A stretch of DNA of 63,130 nucleotides, counting the filler, from Klebsormidium nitens (lineage: Eukaryota; Plantae; Klebsormidiophyceae), in the NCBI GenBank assembly GCA_000708835.1. It is 7 parts of 7 records of this genome, joined end to end, with 100 filler letters (N's around TTAATTAATTAA, not from the genome) between each part and the next. Parts side by side here need not be neighbours in the genome. Positions count along the whole stretch, not along the records: positions 42,373 to 50,022 come from DF238314.1; positions 50,123 to 54,275 come from DF238527.1; positions 54,376 to 57,237 come from DF237984.1; 4 more parts are not named here. One strand, given 5' to 3'. Positions within the stretch are counted from its first letter, which is position 1. Each line of letters begins with the position of its first letter. Under the pieces are notes generated by a model, which was not told where the DNA came from, searched no databases, and saw only the letters and a list, made by a program, of their open reading frames with translations. Position numbers and translations under genes: made by a program. Positions 45,271 to 56,973 of the stretch are shown in pieces.

Positions 45271-47220
45271 AATAACTAAATTTAATCTGTTGATTACTGA
45301 CACGACACTACCACGCGTCGGACTCACCGTCCCCGGTACGGCGGTTCCATGAGCCGCAACCAATCCCCCCGCGGAAGTACCAATGATTGGTACTTTCAAG
45401 CAGTATGATCTGCCCGGTTGATGTGTATGTTTTGACTGGGCAGCCCGGTTGCGCCCTATTCGGCACACTATAGGCAAATTTCAATCTGCAAATAGTCTAC
45501 GGTAAAGTATAGTGTAGACGATCCCCGGCCTGGGGTGAGTTGACCCCCGTACCCGGTGGATTGGAAAATCAAGTTAGAAGTTTAACCTATTGAGGTCTGT
45601 CTACCCAAGAACCGCAGACCGGACCAGATCTACCTAGCGTGATGACGTCATTCTTAAGTCTACCGTCCGCGGAAAGGTATGTACCAGTTGACTTAACACT
45701 ACTGCACAGTAGGTAGGCCTAGGCTGCCCTTGCTACATGAGTAGTAGCCAGTGTGTAGTGTTCAATTTTTACCAACGGCTGAAGACCGTAGACCGCGCGG
45801 TACGGCCGACGGTCCAAATAAGTAGTACCGGGTACCCGGTATACGGGTACCACGTCAGGACCGGCCTATCTAACTTGATTCCGGAGCCTCACACACGGAG
45901 CGATTGACACTATCAAACTTCCCGAATTGGCTGAGGGCTGCGGACGCCGTCGATGCGATTATCTACGGCGAAACCAGCCTTATCCCAATACTCGGATCCG
46001 AAACCGAATTTGCTGTGGTGGCTTCTACGGCCTCCGGGGTCGCGGGCTTCTTCAACAACGCTATGCATGAATATAGTACTCCGGATGACTTCCGACCGGC
46101 AAGGCGTGGTCTCATAACAGTTTTACAGCCACTGCACGAACGCCGACAATTGAAATGGCGGAGGGGTGGGTCGGCGGTTGGCGAAAGTGCCCGGTGGACG
46201 AGCGGGTAGGGGGTCCGGCGGCGGCGGCGGCAGCCGGGTTAAGTACACCGGGCGGATCCGCCCGCAAATACCAAGACAGTTTTCAATATATTGTGGTAGA
46301 TTTAGGATACTTGACATACCTATGAGATACGAACAGTAAATATGCGCTGATTTCGTACCAAAGTAGGCGATATTCTGCGTTATAAGCGCAGTTTTTAGGT
46401 TTTTTTGTTCTAAATTACGGGGGGGTCAGCCTGGCGGCTGGCGTGAAAAGTTTCGCAAAATTCTGGGGGCCGGGGGTGTGGCGGCCGGCGAATTGTCGGC
46501 GTTCGTGCGGTCACTGCCAAAGTGTTATGAGATCACGCCCAAGGCAGAATTGCCATATATATGTGCTTGGTGACGGGATCCTACATGGCAACTACATGCC
46601 TAACCTCATAGCGGCTGGCATACAATACCTAATTACATTCGCGCCTGCCAGGCCGCTATCCATGCTGCATATCATTCTGAATGTGGTCTGCCTAAATACG
46701 GTAGAGTACTTTTGTCAAGAGACGGTATTTTAATGCCCGTACCGGTAAAACGATCGGCCGAAGTGATGAAACCGTTGCCAGAATGTCAAGCCCATTTCAA
46801 GTTAATCTGCATGCGATATGGAGTTGTGCTCAAAGCAATCCATCGTGACACTGATTTGACCTACCAACCCGGGATTACAGGCCGACTTTCTTGTTTCAGT
46901 TTTCGCTTGAACCATGTTGAACTAATTCAATTTGCCCGATTTGGAAGGCTCGGTCCGATCTTGCGCGGCGAGCTGGAGCCTGTGCGCGGATCTGATTATA
47001 GAGTTTCGACTTGCACGCTTTCTTCCATCATCTATCATATCAGCTCTATGCAATAAACCCAGTTAGTTAACCGTTCTTTTATTATCTCGAGTACGCCCTA
47101 TAATGACGCCAATTTATTTTTACCAGTGACTCCGTTGACTGCATGCACCAGATTACACTCATCCACAGCGTAGGGCCCTCTCTAGTCTAGGCGCCCACGG
47201 AGACGGGCAGATGGCAAGGG

Positions 47221-47995
47221 TTGATTCGAGCGAACAGACAGTGTGAGCTTTACAATGCTAGCCGCGGGTGGAGGATAAAGAGCACTTCGTATTTGATTGT
47301 GCATGCCGCTTACAATGACAAACGGTTGGATTTTTGCGAGCTCTTCCCTTTCGATGGCAATAAAGATCTGAAGCGGTTCTTAAACGGTCCAGAGCAGGGA
47401 GCTATAGCCAAGTGTATATACTGCATTTGTAATTTGTATAAAACTTTTTAGAAAAATCAAGTGGATAATCCAGGCACGTGATAACCCCGCTTTTTCGCGG
47501 AAGTCCAGTCTCAAGCCCGCAAAATACGCCGCAATTGTAGGAACATTCCTAAAAAATTTGAAGACTGACCAATGAAGGTGAAGTATGCCGTTCTCCACAA
47601 CCTGTCATGGTGCAGTCTCCTTAAGTACTAACACACTTGTAAAAAGTTTGACAAAATTTTCTTAAAACCTTGAGTACATACATGGTGTGCATGCTCTAAA
47701 TCTCTAAAATGTTTTTTCTTTAAGTGTTGGCGATAAGTGATTTCTATATATCATCGGAATCATCGGGATGTAAGACCATGCTTTTCATCCCTCTTCAAAT
47801 TACTATACTGACTTCGCCTTAAGTACTTTTCTTTTTGTCTCCCGCAAATATTCACATGTCTTTTGCAAATGTCGACTGGACTTCCGCGGAAAAGCGGGGT
47901 TATCACGTGCCTGGATTATCCACTTGATTTTTCTAAAAAGTTTTATACAAATTACAAATGCAGTACTGCTCTTGGAACTAGAATGGTCTGAAAAT
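47221..47995 (+). mobile_element. 5'-truncated LINE 3' end interrupted by a MITE
   Basis: R.NRQCELY..., VEDKEHFVFDC and DLKRFLN resemble the C-terminus of the LINE at 45000-45200. The reading continues after the MITE (AKCI|YCSWN*). Confidence 0.65.
47421..47963. mobile_element. MITE with ~90-bp near-perfect TIRs and TA target duplication (Tc1/mariner-type)
   Basis: Left TIR ctgcatttgtaatttgtataaaac...cgcggaagtccagtc (47421-~47511) is the reverse complement of 47874-47963 with one mismatch. TA at 47419-20 and 47964-65. AT-rich non-coding interior. Confidence 0.88.
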
Positions 47996-48080
47996 CAAAC
48001 TTTTGAATTTTACACCGACCGACCGACCGAGCTCATAGCAGTACGCGCGCGCTCGCGTAGAAAGTGCCCAATCAAGCCCC

Positions 48081-48320
48081 GTGTAGGGTTGTAGGGTGTA
48101 GGGTATGTTTTACTTCCCTCATATTCATTTTCATTCCCACTCCTTATGAGATAAAGAATAACCCTACATACCCTACATACTCTACATTCAGTATATATGA
48201 AAAAAGAAAAAGGTATTAAATTGACACTGAAGTAAGTGTCATATGAGTTCAAAGTCAATAGTGTAGGGTTTTATCAAAGATCTACGCAACCCTACACAAT
48301 TCAGCCAAACCCTACACTGA
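48081..48320. repeat. TGTAGGG / CCCTACA inverted-repeat (hairpin) cluster
   Basis: gtgtagggttgtagggtgtagggtatg (48081) vs accctacataccctacatactctaca (48161); agtgtagggtt (48260) vs aaccctacac (48288, 48308). Confidence 0.8.
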
Positions 48321-48456
48321 GCCAAGGCACACTAGGGTCTATCCAAAATCTTCACCGATCGCCGCACGGAGTCCGCACCAAAATCTGCTCCAAATTTACT
48401 ACAACTCTTCTCCAAATTCTCTCGAAATCTTTACGGAATCACCGACTCGCGGTTTT

Positions 48457-49008
48457 TTAAGATTTAAACTCGAATGATTCATTTAAGATTCTATATTTTT
48501 TAACTTTCTTATTGCTTGTTAAAATCCCACCAGTCTTATAACAATCCGATGGTCTATCGAAACACCAATATAGTCTGTAAAAATAGTTTATAATATCCTC
48601 CCTTGATTCATATTGGTCGTTTCTTGGTTTTAATCTTCGACGATACTCATCAAAAACTATCGAAACAAGTTTCTGACACGGTTTCATATCTTTTTTTGGA
48701 TAAATGCCGTCATAGATAAATTCTCTCACAATCCTAGCACGTGCTTTCATGACCCGTAAAAGTTCGACTATACTTCTAAAACTTTTAAATGTAACTTTGT
48801 CGCTGCAAAGATGTTGTTTGATGTCAATATAGTCTTTTGGTGTTAAATCGATGTGGGGGTTGCCATTCTCACAGAACTCAATTCCATATCGTTGAAGAAT
48901 GTCTTGAGCCGGATCAGCTTTTTGCTCATTTTCCAGCTTCATTCTCACAATCTTTTCGTACAAATCCAATGGAAGGGCTTGCTCAACCTGCTTGAATGTT
49001 AAACTCAT
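48457..49008 (-). CDS. AT-rich intronless virus-like hypothetical protein (paralogous N-terminus with 49076-49648)
   Basis: 183-aa ATG ORF; N-terminus MSLTFKQVEQALPLDLYEKI. Lys/Ile/Asn-rich, with base composition far more AT-rich than the host genes. Confidence 0.7.
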   Translation of the reverse strand: MSLTFKQVEQALPLDLYEKIVRMKLENEQKADPAQDILQRYGIEFCENGNPHIDLTPKDYIDIKQHLCSDKVTFKSFRSIVELLRVMKARARIVREFIYDGIYPKKDMKPCQKLVSIVFDEYRRRLKPRNDQYESREDIINYFYRLYWCFDRPSDCYKTGGILTSNKKVKKYRILNESFEFKS

Positions 49009-49697
49009 TTTCTATGATCAGATAAAAGAATAATATAATATAAGCGAACAGACAGCCCGACTCGCGGTCATCGGTCTACATTTTTTTATCGACATAAGGA
49101 GCCCGGGTTGGTCTCATTCTTAAATATCTTTTCAAAGCTGTGAACATTGGAGTTCCTTCTTGTATAGAAAAATTATAATCAGACTTTTCAGAGTATATAT
49201 TAGTCAAAATCACATATCTGTGGGCTAGTCGAATTTGAGGATGAAATCTGTTTTCATATGCTGAAATATTTGTGAAAAAATCTGGTATTGAGTTGAATTC
49301 GTCGTCCGTTAGATTTTTCATTATTTTGGAATGCCACCCTCGACGGAATTGCAATCTTTCGAACAGGGCATGTTTTACCGCATACTGAAATTCCCTATAC
49401 TTATTTTCGTTATTATTCTTCATTTTCTCAAGAACTTTCAACAAATCAGTAAAGCACTCCATAGTCATAGCCTTGTGATCAATAAATTGTATCATTCTAA
49501 CTTTATCGAACCCAGTTATCATTGATGCATCTTTTTCAGACATCACCGTCATTTGGTTTATTCGTTCAGACTCTAGCACCTTTTTTGCAATCATTTCATA
49601 GACGTCATGTGGTAATGCCTTTTTTACTTGGTCAAGTGTTAACGCCATTTTCTATTATTAGATAAAATAAAAAAAAGGATATAAGCGAACAGACAAG
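49009..49697 (-). promoter_or_regulatory. Repeated promoter-like motif upstream of both AT-rich ORFs (copies at ~49009-49055 and ~49649-49697)
   Basis: Minus strand: gtctgttcgcttatat, AT-rich spacer, ttttatct.at.atagaaaATG precedes both ATGs. Confidence 0.6.
49076..49648 (-). CDS. AT-rich intronless virus-like hypothetical protein
   Basis: 190-aa ATG ORF; N-terminus MALTLDQVKKALPHDVYEMI. Shares its upstream motif with 48457-49008. Confidence 0.7.
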   Translation of the reverse strand: MALTLDQVKKALPHDVYEMIAKKVLESERINQMTVMSEKDASMITGFDKVRMIQFIDHKAMTMECFTDLLKVLEKMKNNNENKYREFQYAVKHALFERLQFRRGWHSKIMKNLTDDEFNSIPDFFTNISAYENRFHPQIRLAHRYVILTNIYSEKSDYNFSIQEGTPMFTALKRYLRMRPTRAPYVDKKM

Positions 49698-49700
49698 ACC

Positions 49701-50022
49701 CTAACGAACTGCATTATCGCCTTCCAGTCCAAATCGAAAATTGAGCTTCATGATCATGTCGCGATGATATGCCTTATACGGGAATCCGTCTGAATTCACT
49801 ATGTGGTGCTTCCTCGCAAAGTCCCGCAAGTCGGTTGAAATCCTATCTCTCTGCGATCTCGTGAGTCCTGCCTTGTTTTTGTATGCGACGACAAGCTTGC
49901 GGAACGTCGCTATCTCTTCTTTAACATTTAGCTCTTGCTCCTCTTCCTCGCCTTCTTCCTCATCTTCTTCCTCTTCCTCTTCCTCTTCTTCTTCCTCTTC
50001 TTCGACCTCCCTCTTGAACCTT
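49701..50022 (-). CDS. 3' part of a third co-oriented ORF with a poly-Glu tract, truncated by contig end
   Basis: Open frame RFKREVEEEEEEEEEEEEDEEEGEEEEQELNVKEEIATFRKL...GDNAVR* ending at TAG 49703-49701. Confidence 0.55.
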
Positions 50023-51958
50023 NNNNNNNNNNNNNNNNNNNNNNNNNNNNNNNNNNNNNNNNNNNNTTAATTAATTAANNNNNNNNNNNNNNNNNNNNNN
50101 NNNNNNNNNNNNNNNNNNNNNNAACCGGGATCATTCCGGCTGTAGCGCGCCCCGTCAGGCGTTCGGCTGAATGACGGCCAGGTCGTTCCGCTGTGCGCGA
50201 GTCTGAGCCAGTCGATTCCGCTTGCTTGCAGGCCCAATCCACATCTGTACCGGGCCCGATTCCGCTGCAGCGCGCCAAGGTTGGCCGTTCCGCTGCACGC
50301 TTCGTTGACCGGTTCCGTTGGGCGCGCAAGGCCTAGCTCAACCAGTCCGTTCCGCCAGCTCGAAGTCCATTCCGGTGAGAACTGGTTCCGGTTCCGCTGC
50401 AATGCGCAGCCATGCCGTTTAGCTGCGGGCCTCGTCCGCCACGGCCGCGTTGCGCGTGAGCGTCAGCAGATCCGTTCCGCCGGCTCGCGACCTTTCCGGT
50501 GCGGAACCAGGTCCGGCTCCGCTGCAGCGCACCCCATTCCAGTCATCGGCTGCACGTTCAATGGAGTCTTTACGTTGCGCGTGTAGCTCAGCCGGTCCGA
50601 TCCGCCCGGTCGCCGGCCCCTGTTCCGGTGCGGAACCGGCTCGTGGGTCCGCCGATTGGCCAGTGATCGGCTGTAAGCACAGCCAAGCGATCTCGACGGC
50701 TCTCGGGCAAGAGAGCCGATCATTCCCATAGAATCAGAAAGCTTCAAGCCGCCCCATTGAGCTTGTGCGCTACCTTGAACGACGTCAGGTTGAAATATAT
50801 ATTCTGAAAGCATCCAACAGAATCTCAACATGATGAGTCCTGGGCTTGAAAAAGAACTCGTCTGCTCGTAAGCTTTTTCTCTGTTCCATTTCTCGGAGGG
50901 GCCCCTCTTTGAAAGCGCGCGCGGCGCGCGGGTCAAAATGGCGCCGAAGCAGTAATTCGCCCGGCCCGCCGCGTACTTTCAGTGCGTCCCTTCCCACTGA
51001 AAATTAGCAGCAGAAGAATAGCACTGTAGCAGTCACAGCTACGGTTTAATGATCCTAGCTGTGTTTTCACCAAGTCAAGCCCGTACATATGATTCAGGTC
51101 GATTGCACGTTACAGCATGACTAATCCGGATGGCATGTGATGAAAGAGGTCGGAAGGAAACGGCTGGCCTGCACAGGCCGCTCGTGCCTTTTGGATTTCG
51201 GCTAGTATTGGTCATAAATACGTGACGGCAATAAAAGCATACCAGACCCATCATGGCAGGAGCTTATTTGATCAAATGGAAGAGAATGGCTGAAGAGTAC
51301 ACGCAGCTAGCGTCACTTTTATTATTGTCATGTGGAAACATATTCTGTACAGTGTGCTGATTGTCAATCTTATCTTGCTTTGAAATCTTAAGGTGCTCCT
51401 AACCAGCTAGTCTGAACGGGAGTTGGGTAGGCGACATCATGAGAGTAGTAACACCCAGCTAATTTGAGCGGCTTGAGTAGACGACGTTTCTGGAGGCGCG
51501 GATACCGAGCAGCCGCCGGGTGATTACTTTCCGCGCCGGTTGGTGACGGAAAGTCATACAGGCGGATTTGCCGTACAGAGAACGTCGCGCTATGCATAGG
51601 GAAATCAACGGGCGGGGAAGAGGCCCGCCGGGAACCCGCCAGCTGCGTGCGAGAAGAAAATCGTGGCTTTGAGTATCAGCGAGCGAGAGATCGTGAAAAT
51701 TCGTACGGTCTTTGTGCATCTCAGTCAGGTTTCGAATCTGGCAACACGTCAGGACGACTTGTAAAGCACGGGCAATAATCATTCTTTGAGGCACTTTTAG
51801 CCCCCACAGGAGTTAAAGGAAAGTTAGATGGGCTTTTGACACCGGATCAAGAGCCCACTTGATGTGGGCTCTGCTTTGGAATAAATCGCAACCCAGCGAG
51901 GAGTCGTAACAAGCAGACCTGAAACCTTAACCACATTCCAGCCCGATTAAGTGGCCGG

Positions 51959-53418
51959 CTAAGTGCCCTTAACAAACCTAGCTTTCTGAAATGAAAGCTT
52001 CCGGTATGTACCTGTAGGTGCGCCGGGGAAGGGGGCGCCCGCGAAACCCGGCGCCGCGCTGGGCCCCGCCAAGGGGCCCGGGGAAGTCGGGCCGGGTGCG
52101 ACAGCGGTCTGGATAGAGACCGGGGCAACGGAAGCGGTAGAGACCGGGGCAACAGTAGCGATGGGGATCGCGGTAGGGACCGGGGTACCGGTGGTCGGGA
52201 CGCCCACAAATATTTGACAGGTGCCATTCCTTAACGCGTCGAGAGTCGCGACCATAGGGCAGACGAAGTTCGGGACGCCGCAGCAGAATTGAAGCTGGCC
52301 GTCGGCGTAAGAGCAGAGAGTCCCGTTGGGGGTGATGCCATCGGGGGCGCACGAGCCTACGAAGAGGGGAAGAGATACATGTAAAGGACGAAGCGGTGCT
52401 GACCATTTCAGGTTGCTTTAGGGCTTGGGCAGCGGTTTGTTTGACCAATCTATTTGGTGAGGTGATGCTCATGTACAAACCGCAGCATTTCATTATATCC
52501 TTTGCGCGAGAGGGTTTCAGTCCGCTGTCCCGTTTAGTTCAGATCAAATACGAATTAGAGTCGTCCATAAAATGACTTTCAGAAGAAGTTCATCTGGAGA
52601 GACGTCAAATAAAATGACTTTCAGAAGAATCTCATCTGGAGAGTTCAAAGTATTCGTGACTTCGAAGAGCCTTCTCAAAGGGGTTCCGAAAGGGGGTTTC
52701 GATCAGTGGCTGGATCTGAAATGCTGTACGACGGAAAGGAGATTGCGGAGGAGCTCAAGGTTGGGATCGACCACATCCTTGTAAGTTGTCATGAAGAACT
52801 CTATTTAAGAAGACTTCAACGAAGTGGATTGAGTAGAATGTTTCTCCAAAGCCAGTTAGGATGAGTTAAAACCTAGTAGGATGAGTTACTTTAACCTAGT
52901 AGGAGATAGGTGTGACACCTGCGTTCTGAAGCAGCTTGCGCGAGCTGGCGGAAATGTCTTCGCTCGTTTGAGGGTCCCCGTTCCTGCCTCCCTGCTTTGG
53001 TAGACGAGCGCCGTACACCTGTGCAGAGAACACATGTTGCGTTCTTTTTCCGTATGGAAATCGATCAATCACATCCAATCAAGCATCTCTGCAACTTCAC
53101 AAACCGACTTCAACGGGTCAGTACTGATCTGACGTTCCTAAGTTCATGGAGCCAGGGCGGAAAATGTCTTCTGAAGGATCGCAGACTGGCAGGTGTCGCT
53201 CAGGTCTCTACTGAACAGCGCGAGGCTCAGTAACACAAGAACAACTCAGGAGATTTTCTCTGGTCAGTTTGGAACAATCCTTGAGAACTTTTGAAACGTG
53301 CTCCCACTGTTTCGTGTATTGAAAGACTCGCCGCTTGTGGGCTGCTCTGACTCACCTCGCCGCCCTGCGCTCCCACCAGGAGCAAGCCCACGAGAGCCAC
53401 GATCGTTCGGGGCGACAT
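51959..53418 (-). CDS. Secreted Cys-rich + Pro/Thr/Ala-rich (arabinogalactan-like) protein, multi-exon, partial model
   Basis: Signal peptide exon MSPRTIVALVGLLLVGAQG with gtgagt donor; exon VYGARLPKQ...; exon SCAPDGITPNGTLCSYADGQLQFCCGVPNFVCP followed by VPTTGTPVPT..APGPTSPGP and a gtacat donor. The last exon is unresolved. Confidence 0.55.
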
Positions 53419-54375
53419 TCTTGCGGAGGAGCGGTCGAAGTGCTATCAGAGGCTCTGGGGTGCTTTCGGATTCTGCTTGAGAAGAAGGCTTTGGAAACGA
53501 TGGTTCATGGAATGCTTTATATATGTATCTTATGAACCCATTGTTCTTGTGTTCAGCCCTCAATATTGAAACGCAACATTGATAGTCAAACGGTAGTCTG
53601 CAGACCATACTGGGTCAGACACTTATTTACTTTGTCGCAACAGGCGACCGACACTTAGCTGTGACTTTTGGAGAAAGCACAAGTCAACCCTGCTCGCGAC
53701 TGACTTTTTGACAGAAAAACGATTATCAACCTTGGAAAGCAGGGGAGGATTCTGCATCGCCCAGATGAACTGCGTGTGGCAGAGACTTTGGCGTAAAGTG
53801 TCCAGCAGACGACAAAGGAACGGCAGAGTACCGTAGCCCGACCTTGGAGGACTGTCGAGGCCCACGAGACCTTGAGATCGCTTCAGCACATCAAGAGCGA
53901 ACTACATAAACGACCGTGATTGCTTGAGTCCTGCTCGGACCGACTTGGAAAATACCCTTGAACCGGAGTTCGATTCACAATGCGGTAAAAGGAAAAAAGT
54001 CACCCGAGATCGGGGACGCCAGGATCAAGTGGTTTTTCATAGCTGATCCAGTCGAGGTTGTTGAGAATCACCCTTCATCACATCATAAGCACGCCATCAA
54101 ACGCCGCAGGCTTCTCATGCCCGTGGAACACGCCGACACATTCTGAGTTTCATCGGGGCTGAACACCCTACACTGAAGCGCCCCTTCTCTCCTAAGCACT
54201 TCTCTTAGAATGAATACAATCATCTTCATGTTCGTCTCCTCTATCAAGTCTAGCAGCCTACCAAATCTGATCACTNNNNNNNNNNNNNNNNNNNNNNNNN
54301 NNNNNNNNNNNNNNNNNNNTTAATTAATTAANNNNNNNNNNNNNNNNNNNNNNNNNNNNNNNNNNNNNNNNNNNN

Positions 54376-54718
54376 TCTAGCGTTCCTACTCATCCTGCTC
54401 GACTGCATGCTCTCGGAGCATATTCCGGTCAGCTGGCTGTCGGTCATCGTACTAGATTGCATAGTGGTGTTCGCAATGTGCGGAGAGATCGCCGTTCCGC
54501 CGTGGGTCTATGCTTCGAGGGTCCTATGGGTAGGCGGGTGCTACGCCATAGAGCTGATGAGGGGCCCGAACGACGAGATCTTCAGGTGCGGAGGGGCGGC
54601 ATCGGTACTTTTCGCCCTGGCGCTCTCCGTCGCGACGCTCCGCCTCCACACCCCGGAGCAGAAGCCCCCGGTGCCGATAGAGGTCGTCGTCGTGGATGAA
54701 GCAGTATTAGAACCGTAG
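54376..54718 (+). CDS. Small hydrophobic membrane protein, probably 5'-truncated by contig end
   Basis: The frame is open from the contig edge (LAFLLILLDCMLSEH...) with several hydrophobic segments. Its stop codon is 1 nt from the stop of the convergent ORF. Confidence 0.5.
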
Positions 54719-54719
54719 A

Positions 54720-55068
54720 CTAGTCGAAGACGTCGAACAACATAGACGCTCCCGTCGTAGCGGCACACGCTTTTGGATTGGCCCAGCAGAAACTGATCTT
54801 TTTGCCTTGATGGTAACCGAGACCACCGCATATGAGGAGTGAGAACATCGCGACAATCAGAGTTATGGTCAGCTTCATCATCATATTTCCTTTGACGCGT
54901 TGCGTGTCTGGGTCCACTTTTCTGGATGGCGTGATCGCATACGTGATGAAAGTGATGACGAGTGCAAAGAAGATGCCGATACCGGTGCAGACATACACCG
55001 TCGTGTAGTTTACGGATTCTGTCGATCATCTGCTCTCCCAGGCTGCCAAGACCGCCCTGTCTATCCAT
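54720..55068 (-). CDS. Small two-TM virus-like protein, apparent frameshift near 55020
   Basis: Two hydrophobic helices and a C-terminal WANPKACAATTGASMLFDVFD. The ATG at 55068 is in a different frame from the hydrophobic body (54998-54720). Confidence 0.5.
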
Positions 55069-55094
55069 GATTCATACATACACAGAAAATGTAC

Positions 55095-56729
55095 CTATCT
55101 TCCGGTCCTGAACAATTCATGATCCAGCATCGTCCGTGCTGTGGCGCTTGCGGTGGCGCTAGCGGGAACGGGGCTGCTGGGCTGCGCGTTGCCTTCGAGA
55201 TACCTGAGCACCTGAGGCATGTTCGGCCTGACGTGGCTCGACGGCTGAGTGCACAGCCATGCGGTCTTTATCATGCGCCGAACCTCTGCCTTGTCGTAAC
55301 CATTCTCCATGAGAAATGGATCCATGATGCCAAAGTACCCTCCCTCTTCTATCAGCGGCCTCGACCATGCCACCAAGCTCTCCTCTCCCGGCCTTCTCGT
55401 GCCGTCGACCGGGTACCGGCCGGTCACTATCTCCAATAGCACCACGCCGAAGCTGTAAGTGTCCGACTCCACCGTGAGTCTTCCGGTGTTGGCATAAGCG
55501 GGATCCAAGTACCCGAAAGTGCCTATCACGCGGGTGCTGACGTGCGTGTTCACGTAGGAGTCCTCCCTCAGTTTCGAGATGCCGAAATCGGCGACCCTCG
55601 CGTCCATGTTCGCGTCCATCAAGATATTGGACGACTTGATGTCCCGATGTATGATGGCAGGACGGCAGTCTTCGTGAAGGTAAGCGAGCCCCCTCGCAGC
55701 GCCCACGGCCGCCCTCAACCGCCCCGCCCAGTCGAGGCTCTTGGGTGCATGGATGCGGTCGGAAAGCGTGCCGTTCGGCATGAACTGGAGGACGAGCAAA
55801 CGCTTGTCTTCTTCCGAGGCGTAGCCCAAGAACGAGACGAGGTGCTTGTGATGGACCCTCGACACCACCTCCAGCTCCGACTGAAACTCACGTTCCCCGA
55901 TCTCGTCGGGCCCCTGCACGAGCGAAAACTTTATCGCGACCGTCGTCCCGTTCTGCAGCTCTCCTCTGTAGACCTTGCCAAACCCCCCGGCGCCCAAGAG
56001 GCGCGACTCATGAAAGCCGTCCGTGGCTCGAGAGAGTTCGTCGAAAGAAAACTCCGTCTTCGAGCGCACCGACGGGACGCTCTGACGTCGTGGGGGAGAC
56101 AGGTCCGGAAACCCGAGCTTTGCAAGAGGGAGGGCGGGGCCACGCTGCGTCCAGAGTCCGCTCTCTCGCCTCCCTCGAGTCTTCATCAGACACTTCAGGC
56201 CCAGCAACATCGCCACCAGGAGGACCAAGACGCCCAGCACACCCCCTGCGACGATCCCGATCGTCTTTCCGGTATCACCGCCGCCACTCGCCGGGGCGAT
56301 GGCCGGGGGGAAAGGAATTACTGCCGCCGTACTCCGGGGTACTTCGACGGTCGGTGTGGGGAGCGGGGTCGTCGTGGGCGCGAGAGGCGCCAGCGTGACC
56401 AGCGGCCTTGGCGTCGACGCGAGCGGCGCGGGAGTGAATGGGAGCGGCGCGGGAGTGAGAGGGCTCAGCGTGGGCTGAACGGTCCTCGACGGGACAGCGG
56501 TCTGAGTAGGCACGGGAGTCGAAGGCAGGCTGGTCGGGGCGGTAGGTTGTGGAGGGAGAGTCGCGGGCGAGGTCGAAGGGACCGGAACAGGCACGGGTAC
56601 GAGCGTGGACGCCACGGGTGGAACGGTGGCGTTGGGCTGCGACGTGATTGCCGGGGTAGGAGAGGGGCCGGACGTGGCATTCCCGCCCACCGGAGAAAGC
56701 GGCGTCAATGTGCTGTTTGCAGTTTCCAT
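55095..56729 (-). CDS. PERK-type (proline-rich extracellular, single TM) RLK/Pelle receptor-like kinase, intronless
   Basis: 544-aa uninterrupted ORF: P/T-rich N-terminus, TM IGIVAGGVLGVLVLLVAMLLGL, then FSFDELSRATDGF, LGAGGFGKVY, VAIK, HRDIKSSNIL, VADFG, VIGTFGYLDPAY, DTYSFGVVLLE. Confidence 0.93.
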   Translation of the reverse strand: METANSTLTPLSPVGGNATSGPSPTPAITSQPNATVPPVASTLVPVPVPVPSTSPATLPPQPTAPTSLPSTPVPTQTAVPSRTVQPTLSPLTPAPLPFTPAPLASTPRPLVTLAPLAPTTTPLPTPTVEVPRSTAAVIPFPPAIAPASGGGDTGKTIGIVAGGVLGVLVLLVAMLLGLKCLMKTRGRRESGLWTQRGPALPLAKLGFPDLSPPRRQSVPSVRSKTEFSFDELSRATDGFHESRLLGAGGFGKVYRGELQNGTTVAIKFSLVQGPDEIGEREFQSELEVVSRVHHKHLVSFLGYASEEDKRLLVLQFMPNGTLSDRIHAPKSLDWAGRLRAAVGAARGLAYLHEDCRPAIIHRDIKSSNILMDANMDARVADFGISKLREDSYVNTHVSTRVIGTFGYLDPAYANTGRLTVESDTYSFGVVLLEIVTGRYPVDGTRRPGEESLVAWSRPLIEEGGYFGIMDPFLMENGYDKAEVRRMIKTAWLCTQPSSHVRPNMPQVLRYLEGNAQPSSPVPASATASATARTMLDHELFRTGR

Positions 56730-56973
56730 CCTGGTCTACGTTACGCCTCGAAAAGATCCTGGGTTTTGATGCGTAGCGAAGGAATCCTCCTAAGGGTCTG
56801 GCGTGCCTTCAGTCGTCTTCGTCACCTTCCGGGACGAAAGGCGGCACTCGTCTTCTCCGAGATGTCCCTTAGCTTTCCCGGGGGAGCTCGCTTCGAGTAT
56901 AAGGAAGTACCATGTCTCTAATGCGCAAGTTCGGCCTTGGTCTTTTCAGGATTCGTGTCTAGTAAGATATGAT

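Noticed and set aside
45280-47200. Short ORFs and palindromes (e.g. taccgggtacccggta at 45826-45841)
   Set aside because: No recognisable protein motif, TIR pair or RNA structure family; isolated palindromes are expected in GC-rich repeat DNA.
52570-52900. Short tandem duplications (42-bp unit at ~52570-52650; ~23-bp unit at ~52860)
   Set aside because: Ordinary intronic tandem duplications with no further structure.
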